Source of the DNA: Lytechinus pictus | Taxonomy: Eukaryota | Assembly: GCF_037042905.1 (NCBI RefSeq) | Contig: NC_087245.1 | Location: 36,272,001 to 36,336,000, forward strand | Reading direction: 5' to 3' | DNA: 64,000 nt | In this document: positions 40,601 through 55,600 of the stretch, piece after piece | Layout of the letters: each line of letters begins with the position of its first letter | Numbering within the stretch: the first letter of the stretch is position 1 | Notes under the pieces: model-generated | Databases searched by the model: none | What the model was told of the DNA's origin: nothing | Seen by the model: only the letters and a program-made list of their open reading frames with translations | Position numbers and translations under genes: made by a program

Positions 40601-43600
40601 ACATGCTTGGGATATACATGTATCAAAGTTTGCTAAAATTAGATCAGCTTGGCCCAACTGTAGTTCGACAAAATGTGCATTTATTCAGCTTGTAGTTTTA
40701 CACTGATAAAAATTTGCTAAATTGCAATCGCATTTTAAACAATCAATCAGAGCGAAATAAGGTAGTTTGAACACAATATGAAAAGCAAAGGATAGCTAGG
40801 CTTATCATTCACTCATAAAAGTCTACTGTACTCTTGTCTCATACATGTACTGCATTTTTTTTAACAATGAAATAAACTGGGTTTTTATTAGGGTGAGGAG
40901 AGGGGTTGAACTGCAATATTTCTAGGGCTCAATAGGTGGTTTCAAACCGCCTCGATCATGAGAATCCCCGTTACATTACGATAACTTTTTAAGGCTAAAA
41001 AATACCCATTAATTATTCCTGCATTCACACCGCCCCGAAACATACCCTTCGGGTTAAGTTCCTGAAGTTACGAGCATGCGCAGTATGGTCTGATAAGCGG
41101 GCAAGGCGCAAGATTCAAAATCACTAGCTCAGCAGCCACCCACGGCGCCCGCGCCCAACTACACGCTGGGCTAAAAGTTCCTGTAAATTGCTTTCACATT
41201 GCCAAAATACCTGCGACCTTGGAAAAATCCCCGCGAAAGTTCTCGTAATTTTGACAAGTACCTACTATTTAGTGGGTATTTTCTTTCGGGAGATTACACA
41301 TAATTTGCTTTCACATTGCCAATATTACTGGTATTTTCTGATCGGGGTAAATTTCCCGATCAGAAAATACCTGGAACTGACGAACTTCAAGGCGGTCTGA
41401 AACCACCTAAAGCAACTCCGCTGAATTTCTTCTCCTGGATCCAATAAAAAAAATGTTTCAGCCATCTACATGTATGCAGTCATTAGCATAATTGTTTCGG
41501 TTCCATTCAGGCGCACAATGGAAGTCCATTTAGATAATCATATCTCACAACCAGGATATATTAATGATGAATTTATAATAAACTAAATAAACAAATTTCA
41601 TTATTCTCAAGCCTACTATAGTGTGTAAATCACTTAAAGGCCAAATCTGATAAATAATGACTTCAAAGGAAGGTAACAGTCAGTAAAATATATCAACAGT
41701 AATGTAAGATAACAAAACAAGGATTTTCAGGGCGGATCCGTAGGTCCTTACTTAATCCGCAAGTTCACCCCAGAAAATTTTTGATTTGAATAGATAGAGA
41801 AAAATCAAACTAGCATAACGCTAAAAATTTCATCAAAATCTGATGTAAAATAACAAAGATGTGAAATTTTAAATTTTCGCTTATTTTTCACAAAACACAG
41901 ATATCTACAACTCAGTGACGTGTAAATGAGACAGACGATGATGATGTCACTCACTTCTTGTTTCTAATTGTTTGAATAATAAATATTTTATTTCTAACAG
42001 ATTTGACAGTAAGGACCAACTTGACTGATCCATATAGTATTAAACAATGTTAATTCCACATGTTCAGGGAGGAATTAATTGTTTCATTTGACAATGTTAG
42101 AATATTTCATATTTCAAATAATAACATACAAAAGAAATAGTGAGTGGATGACATCATCAGTCTCCTCATTTGCATACCAACCAGGATGTGCATATGACTG
42201 TTTCGTGAAATTAAGCGAAACTTTAAAATGTCATAATTTTTTTATTTTACACCCGATTTTGATGAAATTTCTAGTGTTATGGTTGTTGGATTTTTCTCTT
42301 TTTATTCATATCAAGTTTTTGTTTGGGTGGACTTGTCCTTTATAGGTAAATTCCAGTTCTGGTAACGATCTCAAAATGACTTTTTACAGAATCTATTATA
42401 ATGACCACCCAAGTGTCTGTTTGTATGAATAAAAAATATGTGCCAAATGATTCTGGAAGAAATTGTGTAATTGCTGAGAAATAAGCAAAATAAGCGCGGA
42501 TTCGGTCACTTACGTCGGGTCTTTATTCCAGCAATAATAATACACTGTCCCACGTGTGCCTATCTGTGTTGGCGATCTTCAGTGTGATTGTATTTCAGCT
42601 TAGATTTTATGATTTCACAAAGTTCAGTTTATGTAACTGTACAGATCTAGATCCACGATGATATAGTCATACTTAACCTTGGTTTTACAGACTTTCTCAC
42701 GAAATTAGTGTTTTACTGCAACTACTGTAATTTAGCTTTAAGGGCTTTATAGTGAAAGCTCATTTTGCCTCCTGATGTTTACAGGTGGGAGTCACTTTCA
42801 ATCATACCAGTGATTCACTTCTGTTCTCGTGACATCTTATTATTCAAAAGAGTCTCTCCCACACAACCAGTTTCATATACATGGAGATAAAAAGGCTATG
42901 AATACAAAACAGACCGAGATGACATATTCAAGCAAGAAGCCAGATTCCCCCGGGGTATTTCAAAAGGGTGGTATACCATTATTCATAACAAACATGTCAA
43001 CTCTAATCCAGACAAGTTTCAGAATGCTAACGAGTTATTTGTACAGCAAACCGGCATAATTGCTTTTCATGTACCTCTCACCCACTAATTTATTTGCATA
43101 ATTTCAATGTATTTCCTTTTCTTCACCTCGTGTGAATGTACATGACTGATAAGGGTATGCATAGTGTACATGTACATGGAGGCCGAGGGTATGATAATGA
43201 ATGAGATGTTTAACACATATGACTCGTAAAAACAGAAAATCTGTATTTTCTCTTATTCTTTACACCATATGGTTGGTTTTTTTTTTTTTACAAGTTTGCT
43301 GGAATGGGCAACTGTGGATTGGATGAAATATATATAAAAGTTGCTACTGTGTTGAGTGATCACAAGTTTATAATTTCTAATTGAAAAAAATGTGTTCGAA
43401 CTTTAAAGGAAAACTCCCTTTATGAAAAAGATGAAAACAGTAATTGTGCGTTTCATTTATGTTGGAAGAATTATTTAACCAAAATGTAAACTGCAAAGGA
43501 TTGGTTCCTTTATAATTTATATTAAAGTTTTGACCTAATAGAGCTAAAGTTTGGGTCCAACATTTCTGCATAGTCCCATTCATGCACTTCTGTGCTCAGA

Positions 43601-46600
43601 CCATGCAACATGTAAACCTGTGTTGGAACTCACCTACAGTAAATGCGATTGGCTTTTTAATCTGAGATTCATTTTCATTAGTCTACCTAAGTTTGGGAAA
43701 ATTGCTCTAATGCATCCTTCAACGTAAAATTCCTTAAAGATGTCTTGCTGGACAAACACACTACATAAAACAGTTAAAAGCAATCGCTCATGAACAGGGA
43801 ATAACTTACACGGGACTAGGGGCAACCCCCCCCCCCCCTTCACCCCCTGAAATGCCCAAGAGAGCCTTTGAGATTTCCATATGGTCCAATGTAAACTGTA
43901 ATACAATGTAGCATAAGTGGGCTTAGGAGCTCAAAATTAGCATCGGATAAAGAAAAAGCAATTGCTCATGAACCATATGGCCAATGAACCTTCCCAGGTA
44001 CTAGAGTAGCTCACCAATTTCCTCTATCCAATCCAACTCCTTTAACCCTCTTGTTAACACAGTACTACTAATTCTTGTAGTGTACATAATGAATAATACA
44101 TCTCTACACTCTGTCCAACTTCCTTGATTGTCAACAGCAACCATGTCTCGTATCAATCGACTGGGGCTTCAGGTAATGAAAGCGCAATAATGAGACTGTC
44201 CCAAATCAAGCGTCTTTTCCCCAAAATTGAACTAGCAAGGAGTGTCAACCTCGAGACAAGCACAGTTTAATTGGTCCAATCAATCAATATTAACATCGAC
44301 TCCACTTGGAATACAAATTGGTATATTTGCAGCTGCATGTCCAACTAGCTTGCCATGTCTGCTGACCAAGTTTTGCTAATAAAATGAATAGCCCTGACCT
44401 GAATATCATATTATACATATTTTTTTTAATCTAACAGGGATTTCCGCAATGTATGTAGAATATCATCATACCCCGCTGTTCTGTTAGAGATGGAGTTCAG
44501 GTGCTATGAACCAACCATGTGATAAAGACTTATCTGCAACTAAATTAATAATGTTCCTTAAAAAGTCATTTGATAAATACTGCAATAGGAATCACTCTCA
44601 CAAGGTACATTTCATTTCAATTAAATAACAACTCACTTCCCAAGCAGAACTTTAAAAAGAATAAAGATACAAGTATAACTTTAAAGACACAAGTAGAACT
44701 TAAAGATATGAGAAAAGACAGAACTTCAAAAGTAGAGCTTCAGAGATAAATGCCAGTTTTAACAATCTAGATGTGAGTCCTTTCAAAATCTGATTTATTG
44801 ACCACCAAGTGTTTGTATAAATGAAAAATACGTGCCAAATGATTATGGTAGAAAATATGCAATTGCTGAGAAATTAACAAAAATAAGCATGGCATTCCAA
44901 CCATGAGTCAGGTCTCTTCCTGAGCAATTGTCCCACATGTGCCTATCTGTGCTGGTAATCTTCAGTGTAATCGTTTGCTCCACATATTGATTTTATAATG
45001 ATTTCATACAGTTAGGTTTATGCAAATGACCAAGATCTCAATCTATGATGACATGGTGAAAATTGATAATTATTCTAAAGACTTTTTTTATGAAATGATT
45101 GTTGGCTGCACCTAGATGTACTTGGCTTTAAATCATTATTCAAAATAAAATTATGAGAGTTGAACTGTATAGCGAGCCAATCAAAAAACTTTCAAAGATA
45201 TAAATAATTCAAAATGCTATTTATTGAAATTTTTCTGGGGGAGGGATCATGCATTCTCATCTATATCTCTGCCAGGGACAACACACTAATGCCCATACAG
45301 CCATTGCCTTCTTAGAACCTTCAGAAAGCATCACCATAAAGACTTCACAATATACAGTATTAGGAATTCAATGCTACTTCAATGGGAAGAGGAAGGTCCA
45401 ACTTCATCTATATCTCTGTCATGCACAACAGCCTAAATCCCCACAAAGCCATTGCCTTTTATAATAGAAGCCCCCACGAATGTTCATCAGCGATAGAGAA
45501 CAAGCCTTTCCGAGTAAACATAGATTGGTCCGGGGCATGCGTGTGTGCGTCACAAGGACTCTACGTACTTCCTCCCTCGTCTTAGTCAAAGTACCATGAC
45601 TCAAAGCCCTCCGAATCACACACCGTGACAACAAACTTATGAATCGACTGTGACAAACCCACGCCAATCCACCGAACATCAAAGTCATAGAAAACTACTG
45701 CCACTGTGACCTCAAATCCTCCTGTCCCAATGACAGTCCACTATCGCATAATCTTTTCTTCATTTTCTCACCCACTGCAGTTCTTCCTTGTGGAAGATGA
45801 GATAAAGAGAAGCATTGAGGGCAGGACCCATTTAAAAGCAAATCCATACAAACAAAAATTGGATTTGAATAAAAATAGAAAACCCAACTAGCATAATGCT
45901 GAAAGTTCATTGAAAGGATGTGAATTATGAAAGTTATGACATTTTATGAAATGATGCTATATGACATGTCATACAATTTCCTTTTCAAATACTTTTTTTC
46001 TTTACTTTTAAAGATCCCATCAGTCTAATGCAGAATGTGACCTTGGGCTGTGAAGCATGCGGGCTCTGTATTGGAGTAGCATGTGAAGGTTGACTGTGTG
46101 TTCTTTGTTACTCGTTGGTCTGCCTGTGTTGTACAGTGCGTCCCACAAAAAACGAAACAGAGATTTAGCGATGATTTATCATAACTTAATCATGAAATGA
46201 CCTACCAATGTAAAGCTTAAAAACTCCTATTTTATCTGAAATTACTAAGATTATTCCTCATATATTGAACAGATAATCTAAGTAATTTCAGATAAAAGAG
46301 GAGATTCTAAGCTGTAAAATGGTAGGTCATTTGTCTATTGTATTTGTGATTAAGTTACAATAAATCATCGATAAATCTCGAATCTCGGTTTCGTTTTTTG
46401 TGGGACGCACTGTATATAAGTGTGTGTGTTTGTTTTCGTGTTTAGGTAGGGGTCAGTCTTGAATGGTAACATACCTGGAGAAATAGTACTCTAGTTGTCT
46501 CTGAAGACGTTTGCGTAGATCATCTCCTTTCGGAGGCTCCTGCTGTGAGATGTCTTCAGCTGTCAAAGAACAAACAGAAAACACTTGTTAGGAGTGAGAA

Positions 46601-49600
46601 GAGTCATCCAAATTCTGAATCTAATTATTAGAGGTGTTGTGGCTCAGTGGATTTGTCTCCGGACATTGTACCACAAGGTCTGGGGTTCAAATCCCACTGC
46701 AGCATTCATTCCCTTCTACATTACCAACTCTCCACGCAGGTACAGTAAATGGGTACCTGTTCGGAAAGAATTCCTTGAATGGTCGAGCACTAAATAAGGG
46801 TACCCGTGAGGTAAAGTGGGGTAAAATAATATGCAGCGCGTAGAAACATTGTACAAATCACTACATGAATGTAGCAAATTATCATTATCATCATTAAAAT
46901 TAATGTGTAGAGCGATGATGTAGTGGTTCTGACTCTCCCATTATAATCAGAGGAGCGTGTGCTTGAATCCCACCACAGCCTAGCACCCTTTGGCAAGGCA
47001 CTTATCCACATTTTCACACTCAACTTTGCCAAAGGATTCTGGAAGGATTTGTGTAATTGCCGAGAAATTGACAAAATAAGCATGGAATTCCAGCCGGATG
47101 TCAAACCATTTTTTAAGGCAATAATAATACACTATCCCACATGTGCTTATCTGTGTTTGTGATCTTCAGAATTGATTTTATGATTTCACAAAGTTCAGTT
47201 TTTTTTTTAACTGAACCAGATCTAGATCTACAATGAAATAGTGACAATTATCCTTGGATTTACAGGATTTCTCATAAAATCAACGTTAACTGCAATGTGG
47301 ACACTGGTATATCAATTTAAGAAGTCTCTTTGATACTGTGTGATAACATCTCTTTGATACTGTGTGATAACATGTACAAGTCATTCACAAAACGGCCTTC
47401 CAAGTTTGGAGACAGTTGGAGACTACAAATTGGGACACAAATGAGTTGCCAAAGTGGCACACTTGTACATGGAAGGAATGGTCGCATCCAGCGTGGGAGG
47501 TTGATGTTTGTGAGCGTTGGGATATTTTAGGACAAGTCCGCTGCAGGGGGGAAATTTAATCAATTCTAAATTTGTAAGCAAAACATGTCTGTGTTTTAGG
47601 AACAGGGTCTTTTTCCTTCTGCTCTGTAGAGAGTGATGTGCCTGACGATGAAGGCAAAGAAGGTGGTTTCAGACCGCCTCGAAGTTCGCCAGTTCCAGGT
47701 ATTCTCTGATCGGGAAATTTACCCCGATCAGAAAATACCAGGTATTTTGGCGGTGTGAAAGCAAACTACGCGTAATATCCCCGAAAGAAAATACCCGATA
47801 AATAGTAGGTACTTGGCGAAATTACGAGAACTTTCGCGGGGATTTTTCCAAGGTCGTGGGTATTTTGGCGGTCTGAAAGCAAATTACGGGAACTTTTAGC
47901 CCAGCGTGTCGTTGGGTGCGGCGCCGTGCATGGGTTGCTGCTGGGCTAGTGATTTTGAATTTCGCGCCTTGCTGCTTATCAGACCATACTGCGCATGCTC
48001 GTAACTTCAGGAACTTATCCCAAAGGGTATGTTTCAGGGCGGTGTGAATGCAGGAATAATTAATGGGTATTTTTCAGCCTAAAAAAGTTCTCGTAATTTA
48101 ACGGGGATTCTTGTGATCGAGGCGGTTTGAAACCACCTAGAGAGACATGTATAATCAGTGTATGATTGATTCCCGAGAGTAGACAGGTAAATATAGCTCA
48201 TGAAATCAAGACAATGTTATGTGACCACAACCAAAGTGCTCTCCACAGTATTAAATACCATCAAAGGAGGTTATAAACAGGTGCATCAAATTTCAACGAT
48301 GAACATTGCCACAAAAAAAAAAACCTTGCAATTTTCACTAGTATCAGCCAAAATTAAATACAATAAGGCTGCAATGATGATTAACCAAAACATACTTATC
48401 TTATTAATTTTATTTCAACAAATCTGCAATTATTAATGAATTAACTGTTTTTCTATAGGCCGGGCATGTCAAAGCAGATACACATTTCTAATATATCTAT
48501 ATTCATAATCAAAGCCATGGCACCCCCTCAATGATGATCTTTTTAATATCATACCCCTCCTACACATAAACCCTATTGCTATTAATTTCAAAGAAATAAA
48601 TACACTTGAATTTCGTTTAAGCGATAGAAACCCCAAAAATCATATTTTCTATACCATGAATAAAGATTAGGATCCCATCTTGATCAAGCATCTGTTGATT
48701 TATACATCTTGATGTTATTTGTTAAGAAATTTTTCCATGATATTATACTATACTTTTAACATTTAAAGCCACCAAATGATTGCTACGAAAGTTCTTTAAA
48801 ATGTCAAGCAAAACAAACTAATGAGAATACTTCAATTAGTTCTTTGAGGCTGAACAGAATCTATTACCCCTTTCATAAACCCAATAAAACACAATTATGC
48901 GGCTAATAGCAGCATAATTTGGTCGTAAAATCAGAGGAGGACAAGAGTTATCCGCATTATTCTGATGCTGCTATTATCCGCATAATAGCGGCATCGGGAC
49001 AAGATTTTGAGTTTATGAACGTATTTCCAAATAATGCGGATAATTGCCATGGTGCGGTCACAAGGTCACCCTTTTCCAACACAACCGCATTGGAGGGGGC
49101 GTGTCCAGTTGTCATGACGATTATCCGCCTTTTTCAGGACGGGCGCTCGTAAAAATAATTTATGGAGTTTGTGAACGCAATTTTTATTGAATTATCCGCA
49201 TTACTCTTAGGCGGCTAATTGGAGGATATGTTTTATTGGGTTTATGAAAGGGGTATATGACGTTTAAAGGTCGAGTCCACCCCAGGAAAATGTTGATTTG
49301 AATAAATAAAGAAAAATCAAACAATCGTAACACTGATAATTTCAACAAAATAGGATGTAAAATAAGAAAGTTATGACACTTTAAAGTTTCACTTATTTTT
49401 CACAAAACAGTTATATGCACAACTCATTAACATGCAAATGAGAGAGTTGATGATGTCCATCACTCACTATTTCTGTTGGTTTTTATTGTTTGAATCATAC
49501 AATATTTTCAATTTTTACAGATTTGACAATAAGGACCAACTTGACTGAACCTTACAGTATTAACAGAGTGCTAATTTCACAAGTTCAGGGGGAATTGTTT

Positions 49601-52600
49601 CACTTGACAACGAGGAAAAATTATAATATTTCATACATCATATAATAAAATACAAAAGAAATAGTGATTGGATGATGCCATCAATCTCCTCATTTGCATA
49701 TCGACCAGGATGTACACATAACCGTTTTGTGAAATCAAGCGAAAATTTAAAATGTCACAACTTTCCTATTTTTCATCCGATTTTGATGAAATTTTCAGTG
49801 TTATGCTTGTTGGATTTTTCTCATTTTATTCAAATCAACTTTTATTAGGGGTGGACTTGTCCTTTTATAACTGATGAAGTTGGAAAATAAAAAGCTTTTG
49901 ATGGTTAGCAGTGCATGCTTGGTAAATGCTAGCCTGACTGGGGGGAACCCAGTCCGGTAGTTTGCCTCATATCAACGACAAGTGCGATGATGTATGGTCC
50001 AATCACGACCATCTCACACTGGGTTGGACTCTATGGCCCGTATTCTGAAGTCAGGTTTAACTTAAACTCAGGTTTAAAGTTGTGGTTTAAGTATGGGAAG
50101 CCAAAAGTATCAAAAGTTTTTATTAAGTTGTACGTTTCTTATGTTTACTGTGCTCTTCCCTGATTCATCGATGGTGAAGACAATCTATTTATACTTCCTA
50201 GACAATTATGAATGATTTGAGAGCCAAATGAGCTGAAATGTTATATCTCTACTGTTAGTGATTTATGTAACAATTGGCTGACCATACTTAAACCACAACT
50301 TTAAACCTAAGTTTAAGTTAAACCCGACTTCAGAATACGGGCCTATCTGTCCAAATTTGCTCAATCATGTGACTCTAGCCCAATCAGCCTCCTTTGGTTA
50401 AATCTTTATATTCAAGATACCCCCTTTTCAATCTGCTTAAGTGGGGGACTTCTCTCTTCAGCATGAACTGTAACCTTAGGCGACAAGGCGTGCACATTTT
50501 TAGCTAAAATACATGCATGCAAGATAATACGGCATTTTAGCAATAACTTCGTAGACGCTTTCTACAAATATGACCCTAATAGCCCTTCATAGCAAAGGAG
50601 ACTATGTCGAATCTTAAGACGGTGTGCTGTCCCAGTCCACCAACTTTCGACAATGGCCTCATCTGTCAAATGTGAGTTGACGGGCACTTCCAATCGATTC
50701 TGAACGTTTCTGAAAGCGTCCGCGAATTAATCTGAAGATCATTCTGATTAAAAATTATTAGAAAAGGCTGGATGATTTCATAACCAAGGCTGATGGGGAC
50801 ATGCCTTTCGATGTCTCCCTAAAAGGAAAGTTCATCTTGATAAATTGGTTTCAATAAAAACTGAAGAAAAAGATATTGGTGAAGGTTTGATGAAAATCCT
50901 TCAAAGAATAAACAGGGATATGAATTTTTGAAGCTTTAATTTTTTTGTGATGTCACAGACGGACAGCTGCTCCATATGTTGTGTAATACAAATTCCCCAA
51001 AATATAATTTTTTTTCAAAAAAAAATGAAAATGATTTTAACTGTGCAGTGGATAATAAAAATATTTTGTGTAGTAAAAAATCAATGAATAACATTTTCTT
51101 TAAAAAAAAAAGGAATTTGAAAATGTTTTTTACTGTACCTTCAGTATATCAACAATCAAATAATTTCACTTATGCTAACGAAAGACAAAAATCAGTCATC
51201 ATGAAACAGTAAAAAAATTAAATTTCAGCATATTATTTTATATAACTTATAGTGCATCTGCTCACATACGACATCACAAATCAAAAACTTATAATTCTAT
51301 TAAATTCATTTATAATTTTTGATGGATTTTCATCAAAACTTCAGGAATATTTCTCTTCATTTTTTCTGCTTTTATTAAACCAATTTATCACGGTGAACAT
51401 CCCCTTTAAAACTACTGCCTCAGCCCTCAGATAGGGATCACATTATTAACTACCACTCAAGAAAATAAGTTTTACAAGAGAGACCTTATTGCTATCAAAG
51501 GTAGAAGGAACCTTCTTGCATGAACCTGACACACAAAAAGATACTTTGGAAGAGGGTATACATATACATTAAGGGTTACCATGCATAGGCTTCAATATTA
51601 CAAGGGGGATCACGCAACTTACCAGTAACAATTTGGCCATCGGGAAGGTAAGGGTACTCGGGCCCAAATAAGTGTCCATTGGCGAGGGGAAAGACGGGGG
51701 ATTCGGGGGTGGGTGGGTAACCAAGTGCTGTGTACTTGCCCATGTCACCGTTCATCTGAAAGGCACCAGAGGGTCCTACAGGGGGGTAACAAAGAAGGGG
51801 GTTGGAAGAGAATTAAAAAAACAAGGGAAACAGGTGTTAGGGTTAAACACAAAGGTAACATCAATATAATATGCAAATGAAGGATTTACATGTCGGTATA
51901 TAAAGGTAAGAACAGGAAATTGTTAATGTGTAGAATACAGATTAAACTATGCAACACTTTATTTTACACCTGTACAGTATACAGAAACTGCAAAACTGAA
52001 CAAAAAGTCCATACAACAACAACAAAAAACCAATAATTTTTAGAGGGGAAAAAATATCTGAAATAGCTCTTACATGAGGAAATCGTGCAAAATAAGTTTC
52101 GAGGACACTGCACGATTTCACAAAAATAACAATCAGTGGCAAGTTGCCATGACAACTAATTAATAACCACGTAATATGATATAAATATTTGGCAAGTAAT
52201 CAAGTATGAAATTGTTTATTTATTGTCATTTATCTATTGATCCATTCATCATTTTATGTCATTCATATTATCTCATTCACTTCTTTTTTTTTTTCTTTTT
52301 TTTTTTGGGGGGGGGGAGAGTTGCTTCAATAGTTCTTTAAATACTCATATAATTTTTAATATCCTTGATCTTGTGTGTATCAAGCAATGACATCACAGGC
52401 TACTTCAAGTAATCTGTACACTCCTCCGCAAATATCAATCCAACAGTTTTGCAAATGAAAACTTGCTCATTCAGTCCCGTCTTGGTCAGAGCAAGGGGAC
52501 ACACTTCCTGTTTGTTTTGCTGACGTCATAATGGTTTCTGCTACACACCAGCCACGGCATGCAAAGCCAAGGCTGTGGCAACGCTGTAACGCTCGCTCGT

Positions 52601-55600
52601 CAATACCCACGGCCTGGCCGACTCTTCCGATGAAGAAGTAATCAAAGAGATTGCAGACCGAAACTGACCATGCAGTAAATGACGAGTATCATGGGAGAAT
52701 AAAGTGATATTAAAATGACAATGTTGTGGAACCATACACAGTAGCAGGTTGTCAGATGGCTTAAGAGAAGAGAAGTGTGGAGGGCAGATGGGAAATTGAG
52801 GATAGGGGATTAGATATGTGAGAGAATAGATAGGAGGAAAATGAGACATGGGGATGGAGAAATATCAGGGATGATCCAGATAAAAGGGAAAATGGTAATG
52901 TAAAGGCTAGAAGATCCGTGAATGATAGATTTATACGCGCTATAGGGAAAATGCTGCATGAAAAATGTACAGCGGGGGGGGGGGGGGGGGGGGGTGCGTA
53001 GAATTAAAGCATGAACATGTGACTTGCATACGCACTCACTATTGGCTACACCCTTGGAACCTGTTTTTATAAAGAAAATAAAACACTAGCCTACTTTTGT
53101 ATTTTGACTTATCTTTAAATATCTGAAACATGAACAATAACTGAGCAATTCCATCTTGTACATCTGACCTCTTTCATGATAGCATTATAACACCTAGATA
53201 GATCCTTGTGATTTGATTGGTTGTTTGATATCGATCATTCAGCCCATTTTACAATGACGTCATCGACCGTGCAATTTTAGATCCATTCATCGTGCAATTT
53301 TTGATCCATACGATTTTGTCCATTGCACTCGCGCACCGAGACTCATAAACTCATAAACATTCATTATTTGTATATTACCTTACGGTCAAGTTACAGATAT
53401 AATGTCTTACAGACAAAAAATACTTTTTGAGCTCGCTAGCCATAAATTTTTTTTCTTTGTATTACAATTTTCATTTGACCCTAAGAAATTTCAATGGCTC
53501 TTTTTTATTTTTTTTCAGGGCTCTTTAAGGCAGTCTGAAGGCAAATTGGCCCCCAACCACTGGGAATATTTTCACTGCCATCTTATGAAAAGAGATGGAT
53601 TAAACTAATCAGAAATTTATTCATTCATCTTTGTAAAAACTAACAGATTTTTTCATGAATTCATTTAATTTTTCATTAATGTAGATACCACCATTGATTC
53701 ATCTGTTTATTTCATTATATAAAGATTCATTTATTAATAAAATACATGATCATTTATTTTTCGATACAATCATTCATTTGTATAATAATTATTTCCTATT
53801 ATTTTTTCATCAATGACTCAAATAAAAATGGATGAAATGTAGTCGCTAGTTTCCTGGGCAATGTAGCACTTCAATGACTGATCCAAACGCATGAAAATTA
53901 TCCCAGTATGACAAATAAACAAATATTTTCTGAACAAGGGCTCTTCATGTATCTACATGTACAGTGTATGCACAATTACACTTTGTATTGCAGCCAATAG
54001 CTTTACAGGAGATCTTTTCTCACTCTATGAGGAACTATTTTAGATATCCTTAGGGCTCAAATGACCCAAAGCTCTCCTTTTAAATGGGGTTGGGGCTGTC
54101 CTAAAATACAATCAACACAAAACTCATCTTAACAAATTGACTCTAATTTGTTAAGCCTGCATTTTTCAAGAAAATTTCCCATGCTGTATATCATAAAATG
54201 TGTTGCAACTTTTTTCTAATATTCACTTCATATTCCTCTTTCCTATTAAATGCACTAAAAACAAAGTTCCTATTTTTGTACAAATGCCACCCCCTCCCTC
54301 CTTAATACCACTTCTCCCACTCACAGACAACAGACACACTTTACTCTTGCTCTCCTCCCATCTCTTGATACACTATTCTCTCTGCTGCATGTCTACCCCA
54401 TCACTACCCCCAACCTCCTCTGCATCTCTGCATCTCCTAGACGAGATCTAAGAATAGAATCCATGTGAGCGCTACATGTTTACTTCACTCTATTCTCTCC
54501 CCCTATTACCATCTACGTCATCAGCATCGCTTGACAGGCTTCCTCCTCCATCTGGACTCTGTAAACACGGCCCTCTTCCCCGTCCACACTCGCTGCTTTC
54601 ATACCCGTCCAATCACAACAAAATACCTGCTATTTTTGATCGGCCATTCTACCCCAATCAGAACCACCAAGAATTTGTCGGTGAGAAAACTTACTTGTAA
54701 TATAAAAATACCTGCAACTTAATGGCCTTTTAATAACAAAATCTACAAGATCCTCTTGATGTGAGAAGAATACTCATTCTCTTTTTTTTTCTTTTTAACT
54801 GGCTTATAACAAGAACTTAAATGATTCTGGCAGGTGTGAGTGCCCTTTAATAGTGAATTGTTGGAGGTATCTATTTAAAGGCTTGAGATATATGAAAGTA
54901 ATTGCAGTAAACACTGATTTCATAACAATAAAGTCTGTGACACCCAAGGTTAATTATCACTATTTCATGGTAGATCTAGATCTGGGGAGCGTTTCTTCAT
55001 GTAGTCAGATCTGACATCTTTCCTTGATTCTGATTTGCTGAGAGGCCTTGTTACTATGGTAACTGTCGGATAAAATTGTATTTTCGGATAAAACGTCTGA
55101 CAAATCCTTTCATGAAACGCTACCCTGGTACAGTTATATCAATTGAACTTATGAAATCATGAAATCTACATAGGCGCACGTAGGACAGTGAATTATTGTT
55201 GCTTGGGGGAAAAAAAGACCGACTTCATGCTCAAATTTCATGCTTGTTTTGCAAATTTCTCACAAACACCTTTGCCACATCTTAATTTCATACATACATG
55301 TACAGACACTTAGGTGGTCACTTGATTGTATTCTGTATGAACTCGTTTTGAAATAATTACAAGTGGCATTTATCTTTTAAAAAGTTCTCATAATCTAAAG
55401 GTATTTTTTACAATCAGGCGGGTATAAATACCCCTAATTTGTGCTATCAAAATCTCTCATTCTTTTTTTATTTCCCCCTCTATTCCTTTCCCCCGGTCCT
55501 TTTCTTCCCCTTGTCCTTCCCGGACACCAAGAGTGCAAGGGCATCCTCATGCACAGAAAAGAAATGTCATACATTCCAAAAATAGATGAGTATTATTATG

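Noticed and set aside
43628..43906. Strong AG|gtgagt donor at 43633 with ORF 43634-43906 as an extra LARP4 coding exon
   Set aside because: The frame needed to join the next exon has a stop a few codons upstream, and the La motif is already continuous without it.
39904..49152. Two similar short ORFs (39904-40185 and 48919-49152) as a duplicated small gene
   Set aside because: Both lie inside copies of the same MITE, so the similarity reflects repeat homology.
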